Part shown: in pieces, positions 1 through 13,567 of the stretch
How positions within the stretch are numbered: the stretch's first letter is position 1
Layout: every line of letters starts with the position of its first letter
Origin: Eledone cirrhosa
Taxonomy: Eukaryota
NCBI GenBank assembly: GCA_964016885.1
Contig: OZ024741.1
Location: forward strand, 44,826,001-44,890,000
DNA length: 64,000 nucleotides
Direction: 5' to 3'
Position numbers and translations under genes: made by a program
The notes under the pieces: model-generated
Databases searched by the model: none
What the model saw: the letters and a program-made list of their open reading frames with translations, nothing else
What the model was told of the DNA's origin: nothing

Positions 1-20
1 TTTTTTTTTACATACTTTCT

Positions 21-63
<43 letters not shown>

Positions 64-71
64 CAGAAAGT

Positions 72-264
72 ATGACCCCGGCAGCAGAGCTCAAACTGTT
101 TCGAAGGCTATTTTTGGACTAAAAATAGTCTAGAAATAGCCGTCGAAACGGCTTGAGCTCTGCCGTCGCTGTCACACGTTCTCCTATTACCCACTCAACT
201 ACCCTAAGTATTGAGTACTCTGGTGTGTTATGGTCCATCTGGTTCCTTACCACACTTCCTTCGT

Positions 265-268
<4 letters not shown>
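72..268 (+). mobile_element. Short fold-back repeat (family A) with hairpin 72-174 and half-hammerhead
   Basis: Imperfect palindrome centred at ~123. The same ~130-bp body recurs at 27654-27840, 58984-59120 and 59630-59766. (TA)n flanks. Confidence 0.75.
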
Positions 269-293
<25 letters not shown>

Positions 294-297
<4 letters not shown>

Positions 298-711
298 TGT
301 TATACTTTGGGAGGGTCATGTTGCCAATAAGAAACACACGCACCATTGCTTTCACTTCAATTTATTATAATAAATTTATAAATTTAGGAATTTATAAATT
401 TCCGGTTGATTAGTTGGTTCCACAACCAGATGGTTGTTTATATATTGTCAAGAGAAACAAGATGGCGTAGGACAGAACAAAGGAGAGGCACAAAAACAAT
501 GAAAAGAATCCCCAGTCACTGAAGAGGTCACATAATGTGTGACGAATGAACTTTGACAATATATAAACAACCATCTGGTTGTGGAACCAACCAACCAACC
601 GGAAATTTATAAATTCCTAAATTTATAAATTTATCATAATAAATTGAAGTGAAAGCAACTGGTGCGTGTGTTTCTTATTTGCAACATGACCCTCCCAAAG
701 TATAACAATAT
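294..711. mobile_element. Fold-back element (family B), inverted arms 294-451 / 553-711
   Basis: Arms are reverse complements. The terminal ATGACCCTCCCAAAGTATAAC motif recurs (with a mismatch) at ~33680 and ~59441. Confidence 0.85.
515..557 (+). ncRNA. Degenerate type I hammerhead ribozyme
   Basis: GTCA-CTGAAGA-G-GTCACA-taatg-TGTGAC-GAAtgaactt-TGAC. Stems I and II pair; the GAAA/stem III part is damaged. Confidence 0.45.
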
Positions 712-765
712 CGGTTTCAACGCACGTTTTCAGATAAAGAATCTTACTAAATAAATTCAGAAACG

Positions 766-853
<88 letters not shown>

Positions 854-859
854 GATTAA

Positions 860-975
860 GTTTGGTGGTTCACCACTGGATAGAATTGGTTTTTCCTCTA
901 AGTAAATCATGATGTAATATTATGAAAGCACTCGACGTTATGCAACTCATCCATCTTGATGGTGGTACGGGAACG
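860..975 (+). repeat. Short interspersed repeat, second copy at ~4825-4950
   Basis: Shared GGTGGTT.ACCACTGG.TAGAATT...GCAACTCATCCATCTT, directly after (TA)n in both copies. Confidence 0.65.
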
Positions 976-1463
976 GAGTTGAATTATATTATACGGTAAA
1001 ATGACAGGAGGCCGGACATTTTGAATTCCTTTAGTTAGTTTTCCTTTCTTCAACTCATTTCCTGTACACATCCCAGTTGATCAGTTATATTTAAATAAAA
1101 ATGCACAAATCCTCATCTATGTGATCTTTAGGTAGATTTTTGACTGTTGTTCTTTTACCTGCTCCCAATCCCCACTCACCCTATCTAGAACCCAGTAAAA
1201 AGTCTTTACAAAAGCAACACATCTGTCAGCAGTCTTGATGTGGATCACGCACGTAATCTCGTATCTCAGGAGCAGTCGAAGAAGAGTCGGGCTTCATTGC
1301 CTTGAACATACCCGGGCTGATCGATATTGATAAAAAATTGAAATATGCAAATAAAGTTTCTATACAAACCGCACATCTGACTTCAATTATTTCTAACTAT
1401 ACACACACAGACACACACACAGATACACATTCACACACACACACACACACGCAGATATATATA

Positions 1464-1519
<56 letters not shown>

Positions 1520-1658
1520 CTTAATATGTGAAACAAAAGAAAACAAACACAGGTATCCAAAAAATACAGTTAGGTTCACGCGTGGGGGAAGTTGCGAGTG
1601 TTTACACTTTTCAGGCAGAAGTCTTATATCAGGAAAATATATATATAAAAAAAAATAA

Positions 1659-1769
<111 letters not shown>

Positions 1770-1954
1770 GAGAATTAGTATATTTACCAACATATGCGTA
1801 CAGATGTACACTAATGCTAGCAAATACATAAGTTATGTCATAGTACCTAGGTGGTTCTATGCAGGGGGATGCAGAACAATTATATGAAAGACGTAAAATA
1901 AGAAAATTTTAAAAATTAAAAATTAACTTACTTACTAATATGTTTATATAAGGA

Positions 1955-2110
1955 TTCTACTGGACTAGAACTGTTTCCTTCGTAGGAAATAATCAGGAAA
2001 GGACTTTCCTGATGTCCTGATGATTTCCTTCGAAAGAAACAGTTCTAGTCCTGTAGAAGCCATTTCTATTGTATTGAGTACCTTACTTCGTGTGGTTACC
2101 CACCGATTGA
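1955..2110. mobile_element. Fold-back element (family C) with hammerhead motif on both arms
   Basis: 1955-2001 is the inverse of ~2004-2060. The + arm reads CTGATGA-TTTC-cttc-GAAA-GAA-ACAG-ttctagtc-CTGT-A-GAAG. Other copies at 15388-15425 and 16745-16870. Confidence 0.75.
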
Positions 2111-2128
2111 AACCGACGCACACACACT

Positions 2129-2168
<40 letters not shown>

Positions 2169-2861
2169 GGTGTGTGTGTGTGAGTGTGTGTGCGTCGGTT
2201 AAATATATATGTATATATATAGATATATTTATTTATGTATATTTAAAAAGGGAAGTAGGAAGTAAGGTTCTATACAAAACAGTGGTTATACAGAAAAGGT
2301 GGAATTGGAAATAGTACGGAAATATATATTTAAGGGTCTGTTTTTCTTTCTTTTTTTCTCCTTTGTTTGATCTTCAAAGTGACATTATTGAAAAAATAAG
2401 AGGGACAATTCTTTTTATAAATAGTTTTATGTTTATAAAGTATTACCAGTTTTGATGTATTAGTAAAATTCATCTTATCAAATGTTGAGTATTACAATTA
2501 AAAAGAATTAATAAAAATTAAAAACTAAACATTAAAGATTTAAAAGTTTTGAGGCAAGTTTTTTCATCTTCCTTGTTGCGAAGGAGATTGGGAAAATGAA
2601 CTTGCGCATGGAGAGTGATGTGTAGTCATGGTAGTAGCACAGAACAAAATTGTTTTCAGGGAGGTGATATTCTGTAAATATGTGTTCGTATCTCAAGTGA
2701 GATACACACATACATATTTACAGAATATACTCTATATACTTTATACACATTATAAAGTATTTTATCTTTAAAGAATTGTCCCTCTCATTTTTTCAATAAT
2801 GTCACTTTGACGAATAAAAGAAAGGAGAAAAAGAAAACAGACCCGTGCTATTTCCAATGTG

Positions 2862-2921
<60 letters not shown>

Positions 2922-3062
2922 CTCTCTCTCTTTCTATATATATATATATAAATGAAGTAATTCCGTCGGAAAAGTCCAGGAAAAAAGAGTCCTCTATGTA
3001 GGTAACAGAGCTTAATAGTTACATAACTATATATATATACAGAGAGAGAGAGAGAGGGGGGG

Positions 3063-3130
<68 letters not shown>

Positions 3131-3896
3131 TATGTAGAGAGAGACATTCGAATGCAAAGGAATTAATAAAGAAAAACAAATAGTGAATAGAGTTATGTTT
3201 GAATAAAAAGTTTTCGCACTGGGAAATCTATCCATATATTTTTAATAACTGAATTTAACTAAGCACACGGAAAAAAGAAATGCTTGACATATTAAAGTAA
3301 TATTACTTTTGATTAATTTAGTAGAAAATGTTAAGATAAATATACTAATTCTCTATATCGTAGAGGAAACAATTCTCTAACTTGATTACGGAAGAAATTG
3401 ACTATAAGTTTATTGGTTTTCGATTAACCCTATGGGAAATACTTACAAACGATTATCTAGGGAAGCTTAGCGACAAAAAAATATCGTGTCATATATATGG
3501 GTTTGAGAGTTGAGAATATTCAGTGAAAATCTTTATAGATTTCCCTAATGTTGTTAAAATGGGAATATATGTGTGTAATAGAATAACGATCAAAGATTGG
3601 TATCTGGGAAAGCTTCATGTATAATGTATTACATAATGAGAAAACTGAGGTGTTGTGCAGTTATACCGATAAGAATAGCAAGTGGACAAATTAGAAATTA
3701 GGAAGAAGGATTATGGGTGTATATAAGATATACATTTTTTTTTTCTTAGAAATGCATTATCTGTAACAGGAATCTATGTTACAGTGGAAATAGGTAAACA
3801 CAAATGATGATCAGAGAAGGGTAATCAGTTATAAAAGGTTATTTATATAACAGATGTTTGTCAAATCCCCGCCATCTCTTTCTTTATCTCTCTCTG

Positions 3897-3943
<47 letters not shown>

Positions 3944-4785
3944 GTTTGTGGGGGGGGGGGGGTATATGTGTGTGTGTGTGCGAGTGTGTGTGTTTGTGAA
4001 TATATATATATATATATTTATGTATCAACACCTCTATATATCGATCAATATATCTATAGCAGATTTTGCTACCCATTCTTTGTTTTTGCTAATTGTCTCA
4101 CACGCATCCCACCAACTGGTCATTCAATCTGATACGGAATTGGCATCACAAGTGCATTCTACATTAATGCACGAAACTGCACTGCCAGGGTGGTGAGGTA
4201 GAGAGGCATCTGGCCGTTTCTTGCCTAAATGTGGTCATTATTTTCTGATACTATATTTAAATATATATCCAAGCCAACATGCATCATTTGGTTATACTAA
4301 CGTTATCGCAGTCATCTATTCTTCTTTTTTTCTCTCCTCTTTCATTTTCTGTTCTACTCACCTTCATTCTTTCTATACCCCCCCCCCCCACTATCTCTCG
4401 ATACCGGCTTCATACCATCAATTCATTCATCAGGCCGTTCCGCCAGGAGTTTGGTTGTTGTTGTTCATGTTTTATTTCGCTCAACATATTCCCTGCATCC
4501 GGCATCTAGTTTTCCACATATGCCTGCACGGTCTATTGACAAATATTGACTTACCTCTGTCACAATAATAACTCGATCAATCAAGCAAACTGGAATCTCA
4601 GGTGCAGTACTATCTTAAAGCACGAAATGTCATTGGCAGTAAGATGGCTGATGAATTGAGGATGCATCTGGTGTTCGTCCTGTTAAACTGTGTGGGTTTT
4701 GTGATGTATATATATATATATGTATACATGTGTGTGTGTTGAGAACCATACTTACTCTCGTTACCTCCGATTGAATCCGGGATAA

Positions 4786-4816
<31 letters not shown>

Positions 4817-5544
4817 CATATAAATTCGGTGGTTTACCACTGGGTAGAATTAGTCTTTCTGCATTAACCATGACGCAATATGTGAAAAGCACTCGGCGTT
4901 CTGCAACTCATCCATCTTTGATGTTGAATCATGTTGGTGGGGCGGGTACTCAGACACGGGGAGGCATGATAACAACATTTTTCTTCATTCGTCTCTGGGT
5001 CACAAACATAAACACAATTTTTTCTTGTTTTTTTTTGTTTGCTTTTTTTCTGCTTGTTTACTTAAAATTTACCATCATTCCGTTGGTATACATATGTTAC
5101 GCAATTTACATCTGAAGATGTTATCAGCTTCTTACGCGACCTAGCTACTGAAATGTGTATAGTGTCCGAAGGAATAAATAATTAAGGAAATTCAACATAT
5201 TTGGCCTCCTGCAATTTCACTTTATTATATATATATATATATATATAGATATATATATATATAAACCAAAAAGTTATCGCTCTACATGGCTGGATTCAAT
5301 AAACGTAATCTGAGTTTTTCGAATATTAAAAATAATATTCGATTCGCTTGCAGTTATGCAAACAAGCCTCTTTTAAGCCATGTGAGTAGAATGAGCCCCT
5401 TATTCTTGCTCTTGTGTTTGCAGGTAAACATAACTGCAAACACTAATGTTTCTTTGTGGTTACCCTTCATCAGTGCAGTCCACTGTTCACCTGCCAACTG
5501 TCAGAGCTAGATGAAATATATGATATTTTCTAAAATATACAGTG

Positions 5545-5650
5545 ACTGATCGGCCTGATTTGAATATTAGCAGACTGGCTGATCAGACAGATCTGCATAT
5601 TAACAGATCCACTGATCAGCCAGATTTGCATATGAGCAGATAGGCCAGTC
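5545..5650. repeat. ~33-bp tandem repeat, 3 degenerate units
   Basis: Unit approximately CTGATCAG.CAGATTTGCATAT.AGCAGA. Confidence 0.7.
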
Positions 5651-5889
5651 AGTTTCATGTACATATACAATGGCGGAATGGGTCTAAATATATTGTTTGA
5701 CAGGAGATGAAAGGGGCCCACCTACATATAGAATGCTATCATTTAATATTCATAATGAATAAATAACATTTTCGAAAATACATAAGTGGAAACAAAAGAG
5801 TGCAATCAAATTATTGCGTAAAAATAGCTTACCTTCTCCAATAAGAAATATTAGGTATTTTGCGAAATCCAGAGACTCTTCAACAATGA

Positions 5890-6330
5890 CCAGAAGTCGC
5901 CCCTAAATATTACTAATAGCTCTAGGAAAGCCGTGAACGTCGCCACATCTTTTTAACTTTGATTTTGAAAGTAGGTTTATAATTATCAATTTTCATTATA
6001 CTTTTGTAGCTGTCTCGGTGGCCTAGTTGGAGGAATCAATGACGGTGGTGATTCTTGTCTACAGTTCGATCCTGGTGGGAAATAGGGTTCCCAGTAAACC
6101 TTTTCTATGGGTTGTAAAATAAAAACTGAAAAAGGTTACATGTAGCTCTTAACCAGGATTGAACCCAAGGCCAGGATCTCTATCCTCTCCGCTAGGCCAC
6201 AGAGACAACTACGAAGATCTTATGAAAATACATACTTATAAACCTACTTTCAAAATTTTCAAAACAAAGTGTTGTGGTGTTGTTCATGTCTTTCTTAATG
6301 TTATTGCTCCTAGTTAAGGTCGACTTCTAA
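5890..6330. repeat. Diverged inverted repeat with tRNA-like (Pol III A/B-box) heads
   Basis: TTTTGAAAGTAGGTTTATAA pairs with TTATAAACCTACTTTCAAAA. TGGCCTAGTTGG...GTTCGATCC on +, with a mirrored copy at ~6150-6215. Confidence 0.6.
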
Positions 6331-6459
6331 ATCATTTGGATGTTCCACAAACTACATCCTAGTTTTGTTTCTCATCTATCTAGACTACATTTTAACCTGT
6401 AATCCATGTTCATTTCTGTTCCACCTCATTTCCCCCCTCCCCTCTCTATTTCTCTCTCT

Positions 6460-6556
<97 letters not shown>

Positions 6557-6778
6557 GATATTTGAGTCTACAATGATTTGGGCTTACCTTATTCCTATAT
6601 ATATGTTTTTACATGTCAGTTAGATTCAAACTTACAATGATTGGCATTATATATATATGTGTGTGTGTGAGTGTGTGTGTACACCACCACTAATTGATTT
6701 GACAGATGTATTTAACCCATTGATACCAAGTACTATTTGGTCAGTAGTTTGTGTGTAAGTATATAAATAAATAAATAA

Positions 6779-6869
<91 letters not shown>

Positions 6870-6884
6870 AAATAAAATAAGTAA

Positions 6885-7357
6885 GTCAAATATGTAAAAT
6901 TTGACTTCGTTTATTATAAACTATAGATTTACTGCTATATACATCTCGGTGACAGCCATTATTGGTAGTCCTAATAGGTGTGGAAAAGACAGGTACACAT
7001 GTTGTTGAAGTGTGGTTAGAACAAACGAATTTCAGCGTCATAGGATAAGCTCGTATCTCATTGGTCAGTTGCGAGACCACTCCTCAGCTAGAAGAAATTC
7101 TTATGGGGCAGGTCAGCCTGTTATAATTGTTTTTCTCAGAATGTTTATGTACAGCTGACCTCCTTCACTGTATTGGTAGTGGTAGTGGTGTTAAGAGGTC
7201 AGTTAGCAGGTCAACTTTAGTATGCTGCTGTTATGGTCTGAAGAATTCATGTGTGTAGGCTGGCATCTATCCTGCCACCATTTCACCTGGTGGGGGGAGG
7301 GGCTCAAACACATAAAGAATGAGTGTGTGTTACAACAACCAATATCAAAAATTTTGG
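6885..7357 (-). repeat. Inverted copy of the 3' terminal region at 9894-10454
   Basis: Reverse-complement match with indels along its whole length. Confidence 0.9.
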
Positions 7358-7551
7358 ATGATGCCTACCTCCTTGCGGGTTAGGTCTGTATTGGACATCG
7401 TTAAAATAAGAGCCTTATTAAGTACTATGAGCTTTATCCAACTGGATATTGCTGGCTACTACTCCTCAATCTCGCCCATAGTCTTAATATGGCTCTTACT
7501 TTAGCGATGTCCAATACAGAGCTAACCCGCCTGGAGGTAGGCATCATCCAC
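7356..7551. repeat. Small inverted repeat, arms ~7356-7433 / 7476-7551
   Basis: TGGATGATGCCTACCTCC...CTATG versus CATAG...GGAGGTAGGCATCATCCA. Confidence 0.85.
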
Positions 7552-7664
7552 ACCACCCGAAAGACATTGATACGTTTTGGTAGGGGCCTTTGGGTCAGGA
7601 GTGATTGGCCAAATAACTTTGACATCACAACTCTGCGCAGGTAACGGACCTGGTCGGGCTCTTC

Positions 7665-8950
7665 TTGCTGAAGCAGATAAAAGATGAAATCGCCTGCCTA
7701 CGCGGCCGATTATATCGTCACGATGCTTTCTTCACCGTCTATGACCACAGCACCACTATGGTGGAGGGAATGAAGGGGCGAATTAGGCATTTTTTTAGGA
7801 ACCATGGGCTCAGTATTGAATTAGAACCCAATAGAAAGGTAGTTAACTTTCTAGACACCACCCTAAACCTGAACACTGAGCAATACTACCCCTATCACAA
7901 GCACAACGAGAAACTGGTATATGTTAACGCTAAGTCAAACCACCCTAGATCCATAATTCAGGGCGTAGTCATGAGAGTCTCGGACAGGATCTCCAACCTA
8001 TCCGCCAATAAGGAGATCTTCGATAGCAACGCAGAGTATTATAACGCAGCTCTAAATAAGGCAACCCATGGCCAAACTATATCTTACAACCCGAGGCGCC
8101 ATGATAGGTATAGACCATCGGACTCCCGGACTCACGGTATCCGGGACGGGGGAACCCTAACAGTGCTGGCAGAGTTGAAGCCACTAAACTCCATGAACCC
8201 GCATCACCACATTAGAGAAAAGGACGCGTACGCCTAGCCATGGGAGGAAGACCAACACGCGGGGCGGTCTCAGGGGTGATACTAACCACCCCTGGCCCGA
8301 CGCCCCCAACCGCAAGACACGAAGCGGGACTGATGGAGGATCATCCAATTGTAGAACTCCTAGCGTGGGCACATACCACCTGACAGGTACGGTCCGAAAA
8401 GCTAGCAAAGCACATAGCGCCCAAAGGGGAAACAACAATGCGGGAACCAGTAGCAACCCAACAACTCCCCAACAGCCCACACCACGCTCGACCCATCCAC
8501 ATAGGAATAGACTAAGAAAAGGTACGTGGTACAACCCACTCTATTCAGCGGGCCTAAAGACCAGCCTGTCCTTTAGTAATGAATGCCTCATGAAGACCCC
8601 TAGTATACGGCTGATTAAAGACCTCAACTCTGAGCAACTTTACATAGGAGCCACATAAACGAGCTTCAAAGACAGATAGTATAACCATCGCCATTCCTTT
8701 AATAAGGGTGATAAAAGTACGGCTCTTTTCGAACAGATCTGGAAGATCAAGCTGGACAGGACCCCGTACTCTCTGACGGAGTAAAAAATCAGGAAAGTGC
8801 CACCTGCTAGAGGGGGATCTGGCATCTGCAACCAATGTCTGAGTGAGACCCTCGAGATATTCAATGGTTGGAGCACCCTAACCAACGTCAGGACCGACTT
8901 CTTTCGTACATGTAGACACCTCAAAGCCGGAACCTTCTTCAAGCTATATG
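7665..8950 (+). mobile_element. Penelope-like retroelement remnant (RT C-terminus + GIY-YIG), pseudogenised
   Basis: LYRHD (decayed YRDD), VNFLDTTLNL, SNHP, WYNP, LYIGAT..FKDR.YNH, CNQCLSE. Contains stops and deletions. Confidence 0.9.
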
Positions 8951-9893
8951 GATAACAGCCCATTGGGATGGGAACTTCCCTCAAGCTATAGGGACAGCAG
9001 CCCCGTCACACAGAGCCCAAGGTAAACCACCCCTACACACTCCCCACCTCTACTCCCGCTTCGATCGACTCCTATAACAACACACCTACCTAGCAGCTAA
9101 AACCATACCTCACAACGCTGTGGTCAACGCACCTCTCTCCTTCACTTCCTTAACCAAAATTCAAGTTAGCTGACACTATATTATATAAATAGACGAAGCA
9201 CGTCAGTGGAATCCTATCCTCTGTGCAAACAGGCACCCCAAATTTCCGACCAGCAGGCCCCAACGCCCAACCCCAGCTTGTGTCCCGTATACCCGGAGTA
9301 TATCCTGCCTCGAACACGACCCCCTTCGCACGCATGAGTCAGGGATAAATACCACAAGTAAATAGGACGCGCCTATTACTACCACTTACCCCTCTCCCCA
9401 TCTCCAGAGGTGACTTTGACATTGTGTCCGTGTGGGTGTATCCACATGTGGATGTATATGGATTTATGTGTAAGCCTGCATGTATGCGTGTGTGTTAATG
9501 TGTAGACGTAATATGGGAATGCACCTGAGCCTGTTTTTGTGCATGTTTGCTTGCAACGATGTGTGTTGACAAACATACACGCATATGTAATTTATGCTGA
9601 AATAAGAATTGTAGTCCTTTAGACTTCTAGATTTTGACACACAGGCTTTTATAGTATTTTTCACTCCACCTTTATCGCATTTGTTTTTAAAACACACCCA
9701 TCATTTGTTAGACTGTGTGGACATAAATAGGTGAATGCACCGAGTCTGTGTTTATACCTGTGCATGCGCAACGGTGCGCGCTGATGGACAACCACACGTA
9801 ATACTCCATACTATATGCTGTAATAAGAATCGTAATTTTTTACACTTCCCGATTCTGACACAGGTTTTTTTAGTTTATTACAGTTTATATTTT

Positions 9894-10454
9894 TCAAAAT
9901 TTTTGATATTGGTTGTAACACACACGCATTCTTTATTTGTTTGCCCCCCCCCCCACACACACACACCAGGTGAAATGATGGCAGGATAGATGCCAGCCTA
10001 CACATAAATTTTTCATACCATAACAGCAGCATACAACAGTTGCCTTGCTAACTGACCTCTTAACACCACTACCAATACAGTGAAGGAGGTCAGCTGTACT
10101 TAAACATTCTGACAAAAACAATTATAACAGGCTGACCTGCCTCAGAAGAATTTCTTTTGACTGAGGAGTGGTCTCGCAACTGACCAAAGGGATACGAGCG
10201 TATCCTATGACGCTGAAATTCGTTTGTTCTAAATTCATATGATTCCAGTTACTCGGAGGACTAACAACACACCCTGGAGCTGGATATATCGATGTATTTA
10301 CAGAGTAAAACACACTTCAACATGTGTACCTTTCTTTTCCACACCAATTCGGACTAGTCTGAAGACGTCACAGCCAATAATGGCTGTCACCGAAATATAT
10401 AAACCAGTAAATCTATAGATTATAATAAACGAAGCCAAACTTTACATATTTGAC
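9894..10454 (+). repeat. Putative PLE terminal repeat (pLTR) region
   Basis: Duplicated in inverted orientation at 6885-7357. Contains a hammerhead-like motif followed by AATAAA. Confidence 0.7.
10354..10407 (+). ncRNA. Minimal hammerhead ribozyme-like motif
   Basis: CTAGT-CTGAAGA-cgtcACAGCCA-ataa-TGGCTGTcacc-GAA-ATATAT-A-aACCAG. Palindromic stem III; imperfect stem I. Confidence 0.55.
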
Positions 10455-10459
10455 TTTCC

Positions 10460-12178
10460 GCCGCCCTTAAGATAAATAAGAAGTTAGAATCTCTAGCTAA
10501 GCGGGAGGCGTTCCTCACCCTGAAAGATCACAAGGTAGACTTTACTTCTAATCCCACATGTAAACTAATAAACCCGGCACGCACAGATATGGGACTAGTC
10601 AGTAAGGCAATACTTAGAAACATAGTTAAGACCATTTGGACCAAGTCCAACCTATCCCAGTGGGAGAACAGCGACTCCGTAATTAAGTGGTTTAACTCCT
10701 TCAAATCCAAAAAAGCGAAGTTCACACAGTTTGACATTGTTGATTTTTACCCGTCGATCTCAGAGACCCTGTTAAAAAAAGCTTTGGACTTTGCTGCCAC
10801 TTACACCACTGTCCATGGTTTAGACAGGGAATCATCGCTCACTGGCGGGAAACCCTCCTCTTCAACGACGGAGTAGCCTGAGCCAAGATGTCAACAACTT
10901 CAGACCTGTTTGACGTCTCCATGGGATCGTTTGACAGTGCTGACGTATGTGACTTGGTTGGCCTATTTATTTTAGACATATTACGTGTTAGATTCCCGGA
11001 CTTCCACACGGGAATATACCGTGACGATGGACTAACACTATCGAGCCATAAAAGAGGTCACGACCTCGACCGGTTTAAAAAAGACTTAGCGTCTACCTTT
11101 AATGAGTTAGGACTTAGGATAACAATAGCTACCAACCTCTCTAGCGTAGATTTCTTAGACATTAAATTGGTCCTTCGCACACACACCTACAGACCCTTCC
11201 ATAAGCTTAACGAAAAACTCAATTACATTCACAAGGACTCATGCCACCCTCCCACTGATTTTAGAAACTTCGTAAATAATATCAGTACTAGAATCTCAAA
11301 CCTCTCCTCTGATAAGGCTATCTTTGACAGAGCGGCACCGTAATATAACACGGCGTTAGCTAACAGCGGCTTTTCGCAACCTATCACTTACTCTCCCACT
11401 AATAACAACAGCAATAAGAAAACAAAGCGTAACAATAGACAAACTATCTGGTTCTCTCCTCCCTTCTCACTCAACGTTAAAACCAATGTAGGCAAAACAT
11501 TTCTAGCCTTCTTAGATAGACACTTTCCCATAGGTCATAAATACCACTCCATCTTTAACCGACAAAAAGTAAAACGAGGATACTCCTGCGGTAAGAACAT
11601 GAAGGCTCACATCACCAACAGCCCGAAGAGCAGCATCCCACCAGGGTGCTCTTGCCGTAAGCCCGAAGCTTGCCCCCTTCAACAGCAATGCAACACACCC
11701 ACTATAGTTTATGAAGCTGTGGTCACTTCCAACCGACCAAATCAACCACAGGAGGTCTAATCTTATGTGGGTGGTGTGACGGAGGGCCTATTTAAGGCAC
11801 GTTTCCTAAACCACCAGTCGACCTTTAGGTACCCGGAGAGACGTTCATCCGCGAAACTCGCGAGGCACGTATGGACCCTCAAGGACTCAAGTATAGACTA
11901 CTCCATTCAATGGAAAGCCATCACTAAGTCCAAGCCATACACAAGGGGCAATCTGTCGTGTGGACTATGTATTGATGAACGAATAAATATTCTAAAGAGA
12001 TTACACAATAGCGATTGCCTAAACACAAGAAATGAATTCTTCACACGTTGTCCACAGGTCTGGAAACACCTCTTACATAACTACAAAGCTCAGGATTGAA
12101 CTACAACATCCTAATTTTCTTATCAACTAGAAACTTTCGGACTTTCGCAGTTATCTCCCTTACACCGCTCGCACGCAA

Positions 12179-12180
<2 letters not shown>
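10460..12180 (+). mobile_element. Penelope-like retroelement, 5'-truncated, RT + GIY-YIG, several stops/frameshifts
   Basis: FLTLKDHK, QFDIVDFYPSI, SMGSFD.ADVCDLVG, GIYRDDGL, CSCRKPEACPLQQQC, IVYEA..SYVG, CGLCIDE. Confidence 0.95.
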
Positions 12181-12259
<79 letters not shown>

Positions 12260-12567
12260 CCGTTGTTTTTCTATCAACATTACCACTCACAATGATAGCA
12301 GTATGGTTCACTAGTGTCATATATAAACAAGAAACAGTACAAACGTCCGGATTTCAAGTAAAGACCTTTAATGACGTCAGGCATGAGATTACGAAATGGG
12401 ATTTTGGTAATATCAACTTAAAACCCCGAGGCGTTTGTGCGCCTATGTATCTGTATGTATTGTTATTGTGTGAATGTAAAGATGGAGTGTTGGTCTGTAC
12501 GGGTTTACATACTGACTCATACATGTATCTATCTATATACGATACATGATGGATACACACACACACT

Positions 12568-12619
<52 letters not shown>

Positions 12620-12742
12620 TATAAATAAATATAAATATGTGTGAGTTTGTGTGCGTGTTAGTGTACATATGTGTTTGTGTGAGTGTGTGTGTGTGCGTTA
12701 GTGCGTGTGTGTCCGTGTGTATGTATGTGCGTATATATATAC

Positions 12743-12775
<33 letters not shown>

Positions 12776-13567
12776 AGTGTCTGTTTGTGTGGAAGTATGC
12801 GTGTATTTATGTGTGTATGTATGTGTGTGTACTGTGTGTGTGTGTATACGTGTGTGTGGGTGGGTGAATGTATGTGAGCGTTTGATTCGATGAATTTCTT
12901 GGATTATTTCGAACAAAGAAAGATAAAAATAATTTGAATGTCACATGAAAAATCCGAAGGACTCGCAATTAGAAATGTTTCATCTATATGCAGAACATAA
13001 TAAACGTTCCAAGATTTTATATAACGCTCAAAGTAATCCTTATAGTAATGAGTCAGCATAACAAAATATATCTTAGGGCGATACAATCTCCCACTCTCTC
13101 TTTCTTTTATTATTTCGCTACATCTTTCTCTTAAACCTGAGATCAAATATTATGTAAGTTTCAAACGACAATAAAATATCTTATTAAATATTATTTATTC
13201 CTTCCTGTTCGATAGAAACTCCTGAACTGCATCATGTCAAATCTAGATCCAAACGAAAATATAAGATTTCAAATACTGTTTGGGTTATGCGAATTTCCCT
13301 AATATATCATATTTAAAGACAGAGAAATGCCACGTGAAAGCAGAATATCAGTGCTTTACTCTCAGTTTTAAAGTGCTGATAAATGTTACGAGGTGATTGA
13401 CATGGTTCAAATGAAATATAATAGTTGTATTCTAATTGAAACATCAGCAATTATTCTCTACTTCACATTTAAAGTCAGGAATTTCCCTTCGTTAGTTTGC
13501 AAAGATTCATGTAGCAAAGATAATGTAGTCGATGTGTATGAATCAGAAAGTCTTGTTTAATATTGAT

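Noticed and set aside
4648-4695. CTGATGA followed by a hairpin
   Set aside because: No GAAA and no stem I partner.
10879-10881. In-frame TGA in a PLE as possible selenocysteine
   Set aside because: It falls at a likely Trp position in a copy with other stops; best read as ordinary decay.
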